From: Dehalococcoidales bacterium
Lineage (GTDB): Bacteria; Chloroflexota; Dehalococcoidia; Dehalococcoidales; CSSed11-197
Direction of reading: 5' to 3'
Assembly: GCA_028717385.1 (NCBI GenBank)
Contig: JAQUNW010000003.1
Location: 12,640-76,639, forward strand
Length of the DNA stretch: 64,000 nucleotides
The notes under the pieces were generated by a model, which ran no database searches, was not told the origin of the DNA, and worked only from the letters and a program-made list of their open reading frames with translations. Position 1 is the stretch's first letter; every line of letters starts with the position of its first letter. The translations under genes and the position numbers were made by a program. Shown one piece after another: positions 27,412-37,071 of this stretch.

Positions 27412-28014
27412 TTAGGCTGAATAATCTTGTTTGGGTACTACTGCAAAAGCAATAAGCCCGGTTACAAGCGCCTTAATGATATCTACAACTATAAACGGAG
27501 CTACTCCGAGAGCTAAAATACTTGAGAAGCTTGTTGCTACCCCAGTGTTATTTAACCATAGTGCAAGCCAGGCTGTACCAGGGATATAGTAAAGAAGAGT
27601 GGCAGCCAGCATTAATCCCATCAAAGGAACCAGTCTTCTAGATTCGACGTATTTATCTACGAAATGCCCCAGGAATAAGGCAGCTGGGATAAAACCCAGG
27701 ATATAACCACCTGTAGCTCCAAGACCGGAAGAAAAACCATTAAACCACGGCAATCCAGCAATTCCTGCTGTTGCGTACAGTGCCATGCTGGCACTGCCCC
27801 ACCATTTGCCAAGCAGCACGCCTGCCATTAGTACTGCCAGAACCTGCCCAGTAACAGGGACTGGCGTGAAGGGTAGCGGAATTCTTACCTGCGCAAGCAA
27901 GCCAGTTAAGCCGGCCATGGCGATAACCATCATCAGTTTTGCTGGTATGCTTAATGCCGCTCTTTTCTTAAACAGGCCATATTTAATAGTGTTGATACTT
28001 GAAATAGTCTGCAT
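27412..28014 (-). CDS. bioY: biotin transporter BioY (ECF S-component)
   Basis: 200 aa with six TM segments. The pattern VRIPLPFTPVPVTGQVLAVLMAGVLLG...GGYILGF is typical of BioY. Confidence 0.85.
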   Translation of the reverse strand: MQTISSINTIKYGLFKKRAALSIPAKLMMVIAMAGLTGLLAQVRIPLPFTPVPVTGQVLAVLMAGVLLGKWWGSASMALYATAGIAGLPWFNGFSSGLGATGGYILGFIPAALFLGHFVDKYVESRRLVPLMGLMLAATLLYYIPGTAWLALWLNNTGVATSFSSILALGVAPFIVVDIIKALVTGLIAFAVVPKQDYSA

Positions 28015-28045
28015 AATTGTTCTCCGAATAAAAAACTGAAGAAGC

Positions 28046-28267
28046 CTAGACTGTAGGTTTCTTGTTACCTATCATAGATACTTCTATATTGTGGCCACAA
28101 TGTGGGCATGAAAGAGTAAGGTTAATGGGTTGCACCATCACCCTTTCTATTACTGCCGAAACCATGGTATCTATATCGTCCAATCGGTGATCAAGCATAT
28201 CCAGCCTACGCTTGATGTCTTCGTCCGGCACGCCTCTGGTTTGTTTACTTTTGTCTTTATCTGCCAA
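28046..28267 (-). CDS. hypothetical small protein
   Basis: 73-aa ORF with a charged N-terminus and a single CPHCGH motif. It runs in the same direction as bioY, 31 nt upstream of it. Confidence 0.4.
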   Translation of the reverse strand: MADKDKSKQTRGVPDEDIKRRLDMLDHRLDDIDTMVSAVIERVMVQPINLTLSCPHCGHNIEVSMIGNKKPTV

Positions 28268-28737
28268 AATAGCCTACAAATTCATATTTGGCTCATTATA
28301 GAGAGCGCAGGGAGCAATTGTCAAAAAGGTACGGTGGTTCTAGAGCAATATGTAGCGAGATCTCATACTATGGCATTCTGGAGTACCCTCTCGTAAAAAG
28401 GTGTCTCTTGAGCACTTTCTATTACCCTCGAAAGCCACCCCGTGTTACCTGGGGAATATCTGCGTATGTAACAACGGGCAATCATAAACAAGTGTCACCC
28501 TTAAGCGCAGCGAAGGGTGACACACGAGTTTTACTCGTCTATACGGAAACACTGCCATGTTACAACGAGTAACTATTACGGGGAAGATCCTTCGTCAGGC
28601 TGCTGCCCTCCTCCAGGAAGACACAGCTAATGGGGATGACACAGCAAACCAAACAAGTATAACTAATCACACAAATAGAGCTGTTCTGCTGTAGCAGCAG
28701 GCTTGATATATGATATTATAATCCGGAGAAGCTTGTT

Positions 28738-31089
28738 ATGGATTCAAAGAGTTGTCAATTATTGGAATATGACCGCATACTAGAAATAATTGCGGGCTAC
28801 TCCGGGTTTTCTAGAAGCCATGATCTTGTACTCAACCTTAAGCCATCCATTGATATTGATCAAATCAGGGCGAGGCTTGCGAGATCAGCTGAAGCCAGAA
28901 CACTTCTTGAAACCGAGCCTGGTTTTAGCCTTGACGGAATAAAGGATGTCACCGCTCTTGCTGTAGCTGCGGGAAGAGGTAAAATGTTGGATCCGCTTCA
29001 GCTTCTGGACATAGCTCAGACGGTGAACATTTGTACCCGGCTACAAGCTGTAATAGGGAGCAGGGGGAAAGATTTGCCGCTTCTTTCGAGCCTTGCTGGA
29101 AGGATCGCGGATCTTAAGCCTGTGGAAAAAGAGATAATAAGAACGATTACCCCGGGAGGGGAGGTTCAGTCATCATCGTCACCCAGGCTTGCTCAGATAA
29201 GAAATGAGCTTAAATCGGTCCGGGAAAAGCTTCTCCGCGAGCTGGAAACCATTATTAAATCTGAAGAGGCCGCCAAGTCTCTCCAGGAAGCTATCATCAC
29301 TCAACGTGAAGGGCGCTATGTAGTACCTGTACGAGTTGAGAACAAGAGAGATATCAAGGGGATAGTTCATGATGTTTCTAATACCGGAGCAACTGTATTT
29401 ATAGAGCCATGGTCGATCATTGATACTGGAAATGAGCTTAAGCAGCTTGAGCTTGAAGAAATACGAGAAATCGAGAAAATTCTTGCTGGTTTAAGCGCTA
29501 AAGTTGGTAGTTATAGTCAAGAAATCTCTTTAACTATTGAGATTGCTGCCCAAATCGATCTCGAACTTGCCAAAGCGCGGTATGCATATTCAGTTACAGC
29601 CTTTGAACCGCAAGTTAGCTTACTGGAAAAGGATTCTACGCTTAAGCTTGTTCGAGCGCGTCATCCGCTATTAAAAGGTAAGGCAGTCCCGCTGGATCTG
29701 GAAATTGGCCGGGAGTATTCTACATTGGTAATAACCGGTCCTAATACTGGAGGGAAGACAGTTGCTCTTAAGACTATTGGCTTATTGTGCCTGATGGCAC
29801 AAGCAGGGCTACCGGTACCCGCGGATTCGGCAACACAGCTACCGGTTTTCGATGGTATTTTTGCCGATATTGGTGACGAACAAAGCATTGAACATACTCT
29901 TTCTTCATTTAGCTGGCACATGGGGAATATCAGCCGCATACTCAATCTTGCATCTCCAAAAAGCCTTGTGCTGATGGATGAACTAGGCACTAGCACTGAT
30001 CCAGTTGAAGGATCGGCACTGGCAGCAGCTATCATTAATCATCTGTTTACACAAGGCACCATGACAGTAGCCACCAGCCATTTTAATGAATTGAAAGCTT
30101 TGGCGCATACCACTCCCGGTATCAAGAATGCAGCTTTTGAGTTTGATCCAGTAACCCTGCTACCAACATATCGTATTGTGCCAGGGGTGCCGGGCGGCAG
30201 TAATGCTCTGATAACTGCTGCTCGGTTGGGAGTGCCAGGTCATATTATTCAATCAGCCAAAGAGCGTCTATCTTCGCAAGACAGGCAACTCGATTCATTA
30301 CTGTTTGAACTAGCAAACGAAAAAACCCGCGCACGAAATGCTACTTTTGAAGCAGAAACCGCACAGAAAGAAACCGAAAAACTGCGTAACGAACTTGCAA
30401 GCGAACTCAAGAAGCTAAAAACAGAAAAAACTAGGATTCTTGATAATGCAAGGGATGAAGTAGTAACGGAGATTGGAGACCTCGCCCGGGAAATTCGTAA
30501 TATTTCAGCTACGCTAAAAAAACAAAGGTCAAGAGAGCAGTTAGTAATAGCGGAAACTAGCCTGGAAAAGATACGGAAAAAGTTAAGAGAGGCACCAATA
30601 TTTAATCAAGGTGAACCGGCAGGGACTGCTGAGACTCAAGAAATAAATCCCGGTGACATGGTTTGGTTAAATGACCTGGCGATGGAAGCGCGAGTAGTGG
30701 CGTTCAACAATGCCACTGGTCAGGTCACTGCTGAAGCGGGGTCGTTGAGATTAACAGTTGATAGCGCCAATGTCACGCGGGTCAAACCGCAAGGCGCCAA
30801 TAAAGAAAAAAAATATACCGGCGGCACCAGAGTGATTAGGTCAAATATTTCTATGGAACTTGATCTACGTGGCCGGCGGGCTGATGATGTAGAATTAGAG
30901 TTGGAAAGCTATCTTGACGGTGCCATAGGGGCAAATCTTGATACAGTGCGTATTATACACGGGTTTGGTGCTGGAGTAGTGCGCCAAATAGTACGTGACT
31001 ATCTTTCACGACAAAAACTGGTAAAATCGTTCAGACCGGGAGTAAATGATGAGGGCGGTGACGGAGTTACCGTGGTAAAACTGGTGTGA
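28738..31089 (+). CDS. mutS2: endonuclease MutS2 (MutS paralogue with C-terminal Smr domain)
   Basis: 783 aa with Walker A GPNTGGKT, then DELGTSTDP, a long coiled-coil and an Smr domain LDLRGRRADD...VRIIHGFGAGVVR. Confidence 0.92.
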   Translation: MDSKSCQLLEYDRILEIIAGYSGFSRSHDLVLNLKPSIDIDQIRARLARSAEARTLLETEPGFSLDGIKDVTALAVAAGRGKMLDPLQLLDIAQTVNICTRLQAVIGSRGKDLPLLSSLAGRIADLKPVEKEIIRTITPGGEVQSSSSPRLAQIRNELKSVREKLLRELETIIKSEEAAKSLQEAIITQREGRYVVPVRVENKRDIKGIVHDVSNTGATVFIEPWSIIDTGNELKQLELEEIREIEKILAGLSAKVGSYSQEISLTIEIAAQIDLELAKARYAYSVTAFEPQVSLLEKDSTLKLVRARHPLLKGKAVPLDLEIGREYSTLVITGPNTGGKTVALKTIGLLCLMAQAGLPVPADSATQLPVFDGIFADIGDEQSIEHTLSSFSWHMGNISRILNLASPKSLVLMDELGTSTDPVEGSALAAAIINHLFTQGTMTVATSHFNELKALAHTTPGIKNAAFEFDPVTLLPTYRIVPGVPGGSNALITAARLGVPGHIIQSAKERLSSQDRQLDSLLFELANEKTRARNATFEAETAQKETEKLRNELASELKKLKTEKTRILDNARDEVVTEIGDLAREIRNISATLKKQRSREQLVIAETSLEKIRKKLREAPIFNQGEPAGTAETQEINPGDMVWLNDLAMEARVVAFNNATGQVTAEAGSLRLTVDSANVTRVKPQGANKEKKYTGGTRVIRSNISMELDLRGRRADDVELELESYLDGAIGANLDTVRIIHGFGAGVVRQIVRDYLSRQKLVKSFRPGVNDEGGDGVTVVKLV

Positions 31090-31841
31090 CCAATGAAGAA
31101 TCAATTAACGAAAAACATATGCACCCGGAGCAAATTCGCCGGAAGCTTAGTTTGCTTGCATCAGCTGAAGGTGACAGTAATTGTTGGTATTCACTGCCCG
31201 TAAATAGTGAGATTGGTATTCAAGCGCCTGGAGGATTTTACCTGCCGGAAGCAGTTCAGGAGCAAGCGCAAAAAAGCCTCACAGGATTTGCGGTATTTTG
31301 CACCAAACAAAACACGCAATGTGAATATACTTTGGTAATCCCTCCATTTCCTCTTAAAGAGACTCTTATTGGCAGCTACATAGAAACCGCTCCTTTGCTG
31401 GAAATTCTGGAACACCCATACGTGATTGGAATAGTGCTTATCCGGTTGGGTAGCTTTGCTTTTGGAGTGAGCAGGGGACAGAATCTTGTTGCTAGCAAAG
31501 TTGGCAAAGGATTAGTACATGGGCGTCACCGGCAAGGAGGTTCTTCGGCCAATCGGTTTGCTCGTCACCGGGAAAAACAGATGGAGATATTCTTTACCCG
31601 TGCCTGTAGCTACCTGCGGGAGAAGCTCGAGCCTTACCTGAAAGAAATCGATTATATACTATATGGAGGAGCGCGGACCACCATCATGGAGTTTAAAAAA
31701 CAGTGTCCGTTTACTGGAGTACTTGGCTATCCGGAGTTACCAAGCCAGCTTGACCTGCCTGATCCAAACCAAGCGGTTTTAAATAATGCATTGGAAAGAG
31801 CCTGGAGTAGTCGGGTATTTACCTGGTTAAGCCTTGAATAA
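31086..31841 (+). CDS. Vms1/ANKZF1-like (VLRF1 / eRF1-fold) putative peptidyl-tRNA hydrolase
   Basis: 251 aa with LIRLGSFAFGVSRGQNLVASKVGKGLVHGRHRQGGSSANRFARHREKQ, matching the VLRF1 core as I recall it (GG-S..RF.R.RE). The GTG start at 31086 overlaps the mutS2 TGA. Confidence 0.6.
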   Translation: MTNEESINEKHMHPEQIRRKLSLLASAEGDSNCWYSLPVNSEIGIQAPGGFYLPEAVQEQAQKSLTGFAVFCTKQNTQCEYTLVIPPFPLKETLIGSYIETAPLLEILEHPYVIGIVLIRLGSFAFGVSRGQNLVASKVGKGLVHGRHRQGGSSANRFARHREKQMEIFFTRACSYLREKLEPYLKEIDYILYGGARTTIMEFKKQCPFTGVLGYPELPSQLDLPDPNQAVLNNALERAWSSRVFTWLSLE

Positions 31842-31907
31842 ATAACTACATTTGACGCGTACAAGTGTATATGAGACGATTTATTATTAATGCAGGGGGA
31901 TTAAAAC

Positions 31908-32747
31908 ATGACGGTTAAAATAGTGACTGATAGCACCTCGGATATTCCTGCCAGCTTGGCAGAAAAGATGGGGATAACTGTTGTGCCGGTTCATGTCTTT
32001 TTTGGTAAAGAAAGTTATTTAGACGGAGTCAATATTACCCCGTCAATTTTTTACCAAAAACTGGAATCCTCATCTTATCACCCCACGACATCACAGCCTG
32101 CATTGGGTGACTTTATTTCAGCTTACAATAATCTGATGACTTCTGGGGCTGACGGCATACTATCTGTGCATATCTCTTCGAAAATAAGTGGTGCCTTTTC
32201 TTCGGCACAAAGAGCAGCCGAAATATGCGGAAGAGAAGGGAACATTAAGGTGCTGGATTCTGGCTTTAATTCTATTGGTTTAGGTTTAGTGGCGATTGCT
32301 GCAGCAAAAATAGCCCAGGCAGGCGAGAGCTTGCAGGCAGTGGTTGAAGGTGCCCGCAAAGCAATTGCACAAATTGATATGTATGGTATTTTCGATACTT
32401 TAAAATATGTTGTTAGGGGCGGCAGGATCAGTAAGACTAAAGCAACAGTGGCCTCAATTATTGGTGTTAAGCCTATGCTTAAATTTAGTGACGGTGCCAT
32501 ACTTCAGGGTGGGCTTGCGCGTACCTACAACAAGGGTATAGAAAAATTGGTTGAGTTTGTAAAAAACAAAACCGGAATAATCAGTCTTGCGATTGCCCAT
32601 AGTGCAGTACCTGAAGACGCCAAAAGGCTTAAAAAAGTTCTCGGCCGGTATTTTTCAGAGGAAGAAATAATAATAACTGAACTCGGTCCTGCTTTGGGTG
32701 CTCATGGCGGTCCGGGTGTGTTACTGGTTGCTGTGCAGAGTCAGTAA
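31908..32747 (+). CDS. degV: DegV family fatty-acid-binding protein
   Basis: 279 aa with a VKIVTDSTSDIP start, then SQPALGDF and HISSKISG. Confidence 0.88.
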   Translation: MTVKIVTDSTSDIPASLAEKMGITVVPVHVFFGKESYLDGVNITPSIFYQKLESSSYHPTTSQPALGDFISAYNNLMTSGADGILSVHISSKISGAFSSAQRAAEICGREGNIKVLDSGFNSIGLGLVAIAAAKIAQAGESLQAVVEGARKAIAQIDMYGIFDTLKYVVRGGRISKTKATVASIIGVKPMLKFSDGAILQGGLARTYNKGIEKLVEFVKNKTGIISLAIAHSAVPEDAKRLKKVLGRYFSEEEIIITELGPALGAHGGPGVLLVAVQSQ

Positions 32748-32761
32748 CAAGGGAGAAAATT

Positions 32762-33538
32762 GTGGCTCTCGTTCAACTGGCAAGTATTTGTGGCCTAATC
32801 ATTCTGGTTTATATGAGCCTGCTCTTTATTGTTGCCCTTATTCGCCGAGACAATAGCATTGCGGATATTGGTTGGGGGATAGGATTTATTGTTGTAGCTC
32901 TTTCTGTAATACTCATCCAGTCAGATTTTTCTTCCAGGCAAATTCTCCTTACTGTTCTGGTGGCATTGTGGGGTTTTCGTCTGGCAGGGCGAATATTAAA
33001 GAGAAATTGGGGTAAGGGTGAAGATTTTCGATACCGCAAGTGGCGGGAAGAGTGGGGTAGGTGGTTTTTGCTTCGTAGCTACCTCCAGGTCTTTCTACTT
33101 CAGGGTTTTTTCATGTGGCTCAACAGCCTGCCCGTGATTATTACGGGAGCTCACGCCCAATCGGGATTGGGATGGTTAGACTATGCCGGCCTTGCCGTAT
33201 GGCTGACTGGTTTCTTTTTTGAAGCAGTGGGGGACTGGCAGCTCGATCGTTTTCTTGCAGATCGTAGTAACCGTGGTAAAATTCTTGATACCGGGCTTTG
33301 GCGTTACACGCGCCACCCCAATTATTTTGGAGAGGTGGTAATGTGGTGGGGGATATTTGTTATCAGCTTGTCACAACCGTGGAGCTGGATTGGTATAATC
33401 GGACCCGTAACGATAACGGTTCTGATACTATTTATTTCAGGTGTGCCGATGCTTGAGAGATCAATGGCGAGTAATCCAGGGTTTAAAGAATACGCCCGCA
33501 AGACTAGTGTCTTTGTACCCCTTCCCCCTCACCGGTAA
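32762..33538 (+). CDS. DUF1295 / steroid 5-alpha-reductase-like membrane protein
   Basis: 258 aa, polytopic, with the C-terminal motif GLWRYTRHPNYFGEVVMWWG. Confidence 0.75.
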   Translation: MALVQLASICGLIILVYMSLLFIVALIRRDNSIADIGWGIGFIVVALSVILIQSDFSSRQILLTVLVALWGFRLAGRILKRNWGKGEDFRYRKWREEWGRWFLLRSYLQVFLLQGFFMWLNSLPVIITGAHAQSGLGWLDYAGLAVWLTGFFFEAVGDWQLDRFLADRSNRGKILDTGLWRYTRHPNYFGEVVMWWGIFVISLSQPWSWIGIIGPVTITVLILFISGVPMLERSMASNPGFKEYARKTSVFVPLPPHR

Positions 33539-33591
33539 TCATGCCACAGCCCTTGAGGTAAACTGGCTGATAAACTATACTAAATGTAATT

Positions 33592-34803
33592 ATGGCTTTA
33601 GATTTACATAAAGTTGCCAATTCTCTGTCTGCTATGGCTGGCGAACTTGCGTACTCCAGAACGGAGCAGGCAGAAAAGCTTGGCAATGCGCTGAAATTAT
33701 TTAACTCACCAGCAGATATTTGTGCGCTCAAGGGTAAAATTGCTTCCAGTAAAACCAGTTGGCTGGTAGCAGAAATTAATCAAGGGCTGAACGGTAAATA
33801 TCTACCACTTGATACACCGGAACAATTTAGTGTTTTGGCTACTGATGGTTCTCAAATAGATGTTGATCGGCACCATGGTGTCCGTTGCTGCTTGATAAAC
33901 ATTGGAACTGTAATGCTCAGATACGGCAGGAATCCCGAGGCAATGCTGCAAAACCACCCATTGCTGCTGTCAAGGGAAGAAGACTTGGTTTTGCGTCCGG
34001 ACGAATACGCTCCTGGACGGGAAATGATGGTCGAAGGTTCGATACTTGGCATGATGCGCACTGTGGAGGAGTTTAACCATCTGGCTGAATTATGCGCTGC
34101 CTTGCCCAACGGCGCAAATGCCCTGGCGCTGGTTGATGGTTCCTTGATTATGTGGAGTCTCCTTTCAAAAGAGTATCCAGATTACATAATAGATACAATT
34201 TTGGATCAAGGCGTTTTAAAACACATGGAAAGAATAGGGCAGTTGAATCCGGAACGGCGGGTGGCATTGGCTAGTTACATTAGCTTCACTCGCAGTACTG
34301 ATGTAGTTAATGCTTTACGTGTGCTTACTTGTCCTTACGAAAAAGCAGACTGCGACCGATATTGTGCTGGTGCAGAAGCAGAAGCCCGGCCTTGTGCAAT
34401 GCTGGATGGCATACATGATCGGGATGTTTTTTGGCAGTGGTTGAAATGTAGTGAACGCTCCGAGGTTTTTGCCAGCCGTTCCAAGATAAACTGCACCCGT
34501 TACGGTAAGCAGCGGGTATATTTTTATTATCTTAAAACTTCAGATGAAGTTGCTCGCATCGAAATACCAGAGTGGGTTGCACAGGATGAAGAGTTGCTGA
34601 AGCTGTCTCATTCTTTGGTGGTTAGACAATGCAAAAAAGGGCAGGGCTATCCGGTAGCATTATCAGAAGCTCATGAACAAGCGGTAGTAACCGGGGCTGA
34701 CAGAGAGAATTTTTACAGTTTGATGGAAGAGTATCTTACTGGAAGCAAGTTGCTTGTATCGGTTTCTGCCAAAAGTCTCAGCAAGAAAACACGGTGGGTC
34801 TAG
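33592..34803 (+). CDS. nurA: NurA-domain nuclease
   Basis: 403 aa. VLATDGSQIDV and ALVDGSLIMW are catalytic Asp boxes, and GYPVALSEAHEQAVV is the NurA C-terminal motif. It sits in an operon with a HerA ATPase. Confidence 0.7.
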   Translation: MALDLHKVANSLSAMAGELAYSRTEQAEKLGNALKLFNSPADICALKGKIASSKTSWLVAEINQGLNGKYLPLDTPEQFSVLATDGSQIDVDRHHGVRCCLINIGTVMLRYGRNPEAMLQNHPLLLSREEDLVLRPDEYAPGREMMVEGSILGMMRTVEEFNHLAELCAALPNGANALALVDGSLIMWSLLSKEYPDYIIDTILDQGVLKHMERIGQLNPERRVALASYISFTRSTDVVNALRVLTCPYEKADCDRYCAGAEAEARPCAMLDGIHDRDVFWQWLKCSERSEVFASRSKINCTRYGKQRVYFYYLKTSDEVARIEIPEWVAQDEELLKLSHSLVVRQCKKGQGYPVALSEAHEQAVVTGADRENFYSLMEEYLTGSKLLVSVSAKSLSKKTRWV

Positions 34804-34829
34804 CTGCCGACTTGTGTTGAAAATATACT

Positions 34830-35438
34830 TTGCGGGGGAAGAAATTGGAAGCAAGCGATGAGCGAATTGGAGAGGTGATTGAAGCTAGCACGGGTGGATT
34901 TAGTGCCCAGTGCTATCAGCTCTATAAATTACCGGCTCTGGGAGAACTAGTTAAATGCCGCTATCAAGACGTTGATATTCTGGCGGTAACCTGTAACGGT
35001 TCAACCAGCAGTCTGGAGCCAGGGCGGCGGCCGATTGCCAGGGGTTATGAAGAGGCAAGTGAAGAGGACTTATATAATAATAATCCGCAATTGAAACAGT
35101 TACTCAGGAGTGAATTTAGCACTGTCGTGGTAGGCTTTAAGCGCGGTGAGAGCTTTTACCACTATCTTCCGCCACAACCCGTACGTCTCCACAGTTTTGT
35201 TTACCGATGTAGCCCTGATGAAGTAATCAGCTTCGGCGAATCTATGGAGTTCCTGATGCTGCTTTCCGGAGTGCAATGTGAAGTTCCGATTGAAGAATTG
35301 ATAGCAGCTTGTCTCAGGGTCATGGGTGCGTTTCATAGCCCGGAATCAGATTTTAATATGCGCGCCGGCAGGAAGCTTGCTGAGATTTATAGTGGAGATT
35401 ACCAGCGTCTGCGGGCGATTCTTGCGAGGTTAAAATAA
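34830..35438 (+). CDS. hypothetical protein with a HAS-barrel-like N-terminus, between nurA and herA
   Basis: 202 aa. ERIGEVIEASTGGFSAQCYQL..LPALGELVKC resembles a HerA/ATP-synthase barrel start, but there are no NTPase motifs. Its stop overlaps the herA ATG (TAATG). An alternative TTG start lies at 34845. Confidence 0.5.
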   Translation: MRGKKLEASDERIGEVIEASTGGFSAQCYQLYKLPALGELVKCRYQDVDILAVTCNGSTSSLEPGRRPIARGYEEASEEDLYNNNPQLKQLLRSEFSTVVVGFKRGESFYHYLPPQPVRLHSFVYRCSPDEVISFGESMEFLMLLSGVQCEVPIEELIAACLRVMGAFHSPESDFNMRAGRKLAEIYSGDYQRLRAILARLK

Positions 35439-37042
35439 TGGACTCATATGCACATAAAAAACTGGGGATTGTAATCGCAGGTTCATTGAACCAGGGAATC
35501 CAGGCACGTTTGGATAATGATGTCAGCGTAGAAGAAATTACAGTTGGAAATCTGGTCACTATCCAGGGTAAATCGCGACGCTTTTTTGGCATGATAAACG
35601 ACATATCTCTAGCAGTTACCGATGCAGGAATTTTACAGTCTCCATCGACTGCTGATGACCCTTTTATTTCAGGGATTTTATCTGGTACCGCCACCTATGG
35701 AACCATGCAGGTGGTGCCTTACCTGACCCTTGGAAGTGATGAAAGCCTGTTGGAAGGTCCTCAACCGGTCAAGTCTATTCCCAGCCACTTTTCCCCGGTG
35801 ATGCTTGCCAATGAAGCTGATATCGAGCTTGTTTTCGGTAGAGAAAGCAAAGAAAACTTTTCTATCGGAAATCCATTGGATATGGAGGTAAAGCTCTGTC
35901 TGGATCTTCCTGAATTTGTAAGACGTTCAAATGGCGTGTTCGGCAAGAGCGGTACCGGAAAAACATTTTTAACTCGTTTGCTGCTTGCTGGAATACTGCA
36001 ATCCGGGGCGGCGGTGAATCTGGTCTTTGATATGCACAGTGAATATGGCTGGAAAGGCACTCGTGAAAAAGCCGGCCCGGTAAAGGGTTTAAAACAGCTC
36101 TTTTCGTCTAAGGTCTCTGTTTTTACTCTGGATGAGCAGAATTCTCTGGACCGGGGAGTAAGTACAGATTTTGTGGTTAATATTGGTTATGATGAAATAA
36201 AGCCCGAAGACATCACTCTTCTTCGTCAGACCTTGAACCTGACCGACCAGGCGGTTTCTGCCACTTATCAGTTGCAGAAACGTTACGGCAACAGATGGAT
36301 CGAAGAAACGATGCAATTAGAGGATGAAGAAGAGAGCAGTGAGGTTTTACGCAGTCTGAATATCCATGAGGCTACATTTGATAATCTAAAACGCGGATTG
36401 AGAAATATATGCAATCTCCCTTTCACTAGCCCGCAAGTAAAAGAACGAGCTGTTGATAAAGTGTTGGAATATTTGGAAAACGGAAAGCATGTGGTTCTGG
36501 AATTCGGACGCTTCAGGGATATCACTGCCTATATACTGGTGGCTAATCTGTTAACCAGGCGCATATATGAGCGTTATCAATACAAAACCGAGCGAGCCAT
36601 GGCGGAAGATCGCCCGCAGCCTAAACCACTTGTGATTACGATTGAGGAAGCTCACAAGTTTTTAAATCCGGCTGTTGCCAGCCAGACTATTTTTGGCACC
36701 ATCGCCAGGGAGATGAGGAAGTACAATGCAACCCTTTTGGTAATTGACCAGCGGCCAAGCGGTATAGATGAAGAAGTGATGAGTCAGCTGGGCACCAAAA
36801 TTACCTGCCTTCTAGATAGTGAACGGGATATTGACTCCGTACTGGCAGGAATGTCCGGGAAGAGTGCACTTAAATCGGTATTAGCCAAACTGGCTTCCCG
36901 TCAACAGGCACTGATATTTGGGCATGCGGTTCCCATGCCGGTAGCATTCCGACCCAGGGACTATGGTACCCCGGAGTCCTACAAAGAATTAAGCTCTCCC
37001 CAAATAGATCTTGGTACGGATAATCTTGAGGATCTCTGGTAA
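35438..37042 (+). CDS. herA: HerA-type (DUF87, FtsK/HerA superfamily) ATPase/helicase
   Basis: 534 aa with a HAS-barrel N-terminus (KLGIVIAGS...VGNLVTIQG), Walker A GVFGKSGTGKTF, Walker B-like LVITIEEAHKF and LLVIDQRPS. Confidence 0.8.
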   Translation: MDSYAHKKLGIVIAGSLNQGIQARLDNDVSVEEITVGNLVTIQGKSRRFFGMINDISLAVTDAGILQSPSTADDPFISGILSGTATYGTMQVVPYLTLGSDESLLEGPQPVKSIPSHFSPVMLANEADIELVFGRESKENFSIGNPLDMEVKLCLDLPEFVRRSNGVFGKSGTGKTFLTRLLLAGILQSGAAVNLVFDMHSEYGWKGTREKAGPVKGLKQLFSSKVSVFTLDEQNSLDRGVSTDFVVNIGYDEIKPEDITLLRQTLNLTDQAVSATYQLQKRYGNRWIEETMQLEDEEESSEVLRSLNIHEATFDNLKRGLRNICNLPFTSPQVKERAVDKVLEYLENGKHVVLEFGRFRDITAYILVANLLTRRIYERYQYKTERAMAEDRPQPKPLVITIEEAHKFLNPAVASQTIFGTIAREMRKYNATLLVIDQRPSGIDEEVMSQLGTKITCLLDSERDIDSVLAGMSGKSALKSVLAKLASRQQALIFGHAVPMPVAFRPRDYGTPESYKELSSPQIDLGTDNLEDLW

Positions 37043-37071
37043 GTTGTATTCTCAAAGGGGAAAATAGCACC

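Noticed and set aside
28268-28737. tmRNA, RNase P RNA, SRP RNA or a fluoride/other known riboswitch in the long gap before mutS2.
   Set aside because: There is no tRNA-like GGTTCGA T-arm with an acceptor end, no GAAAGUCC-type RNase P motif, and no SRP GGAA-tetraloop/AGCAGC geometry. GGGGATGACAC...CTAATCAC resembles the fluoride motif only superficially, and the gene context does not fit. I kept the region as an unexplained structured gap instead.
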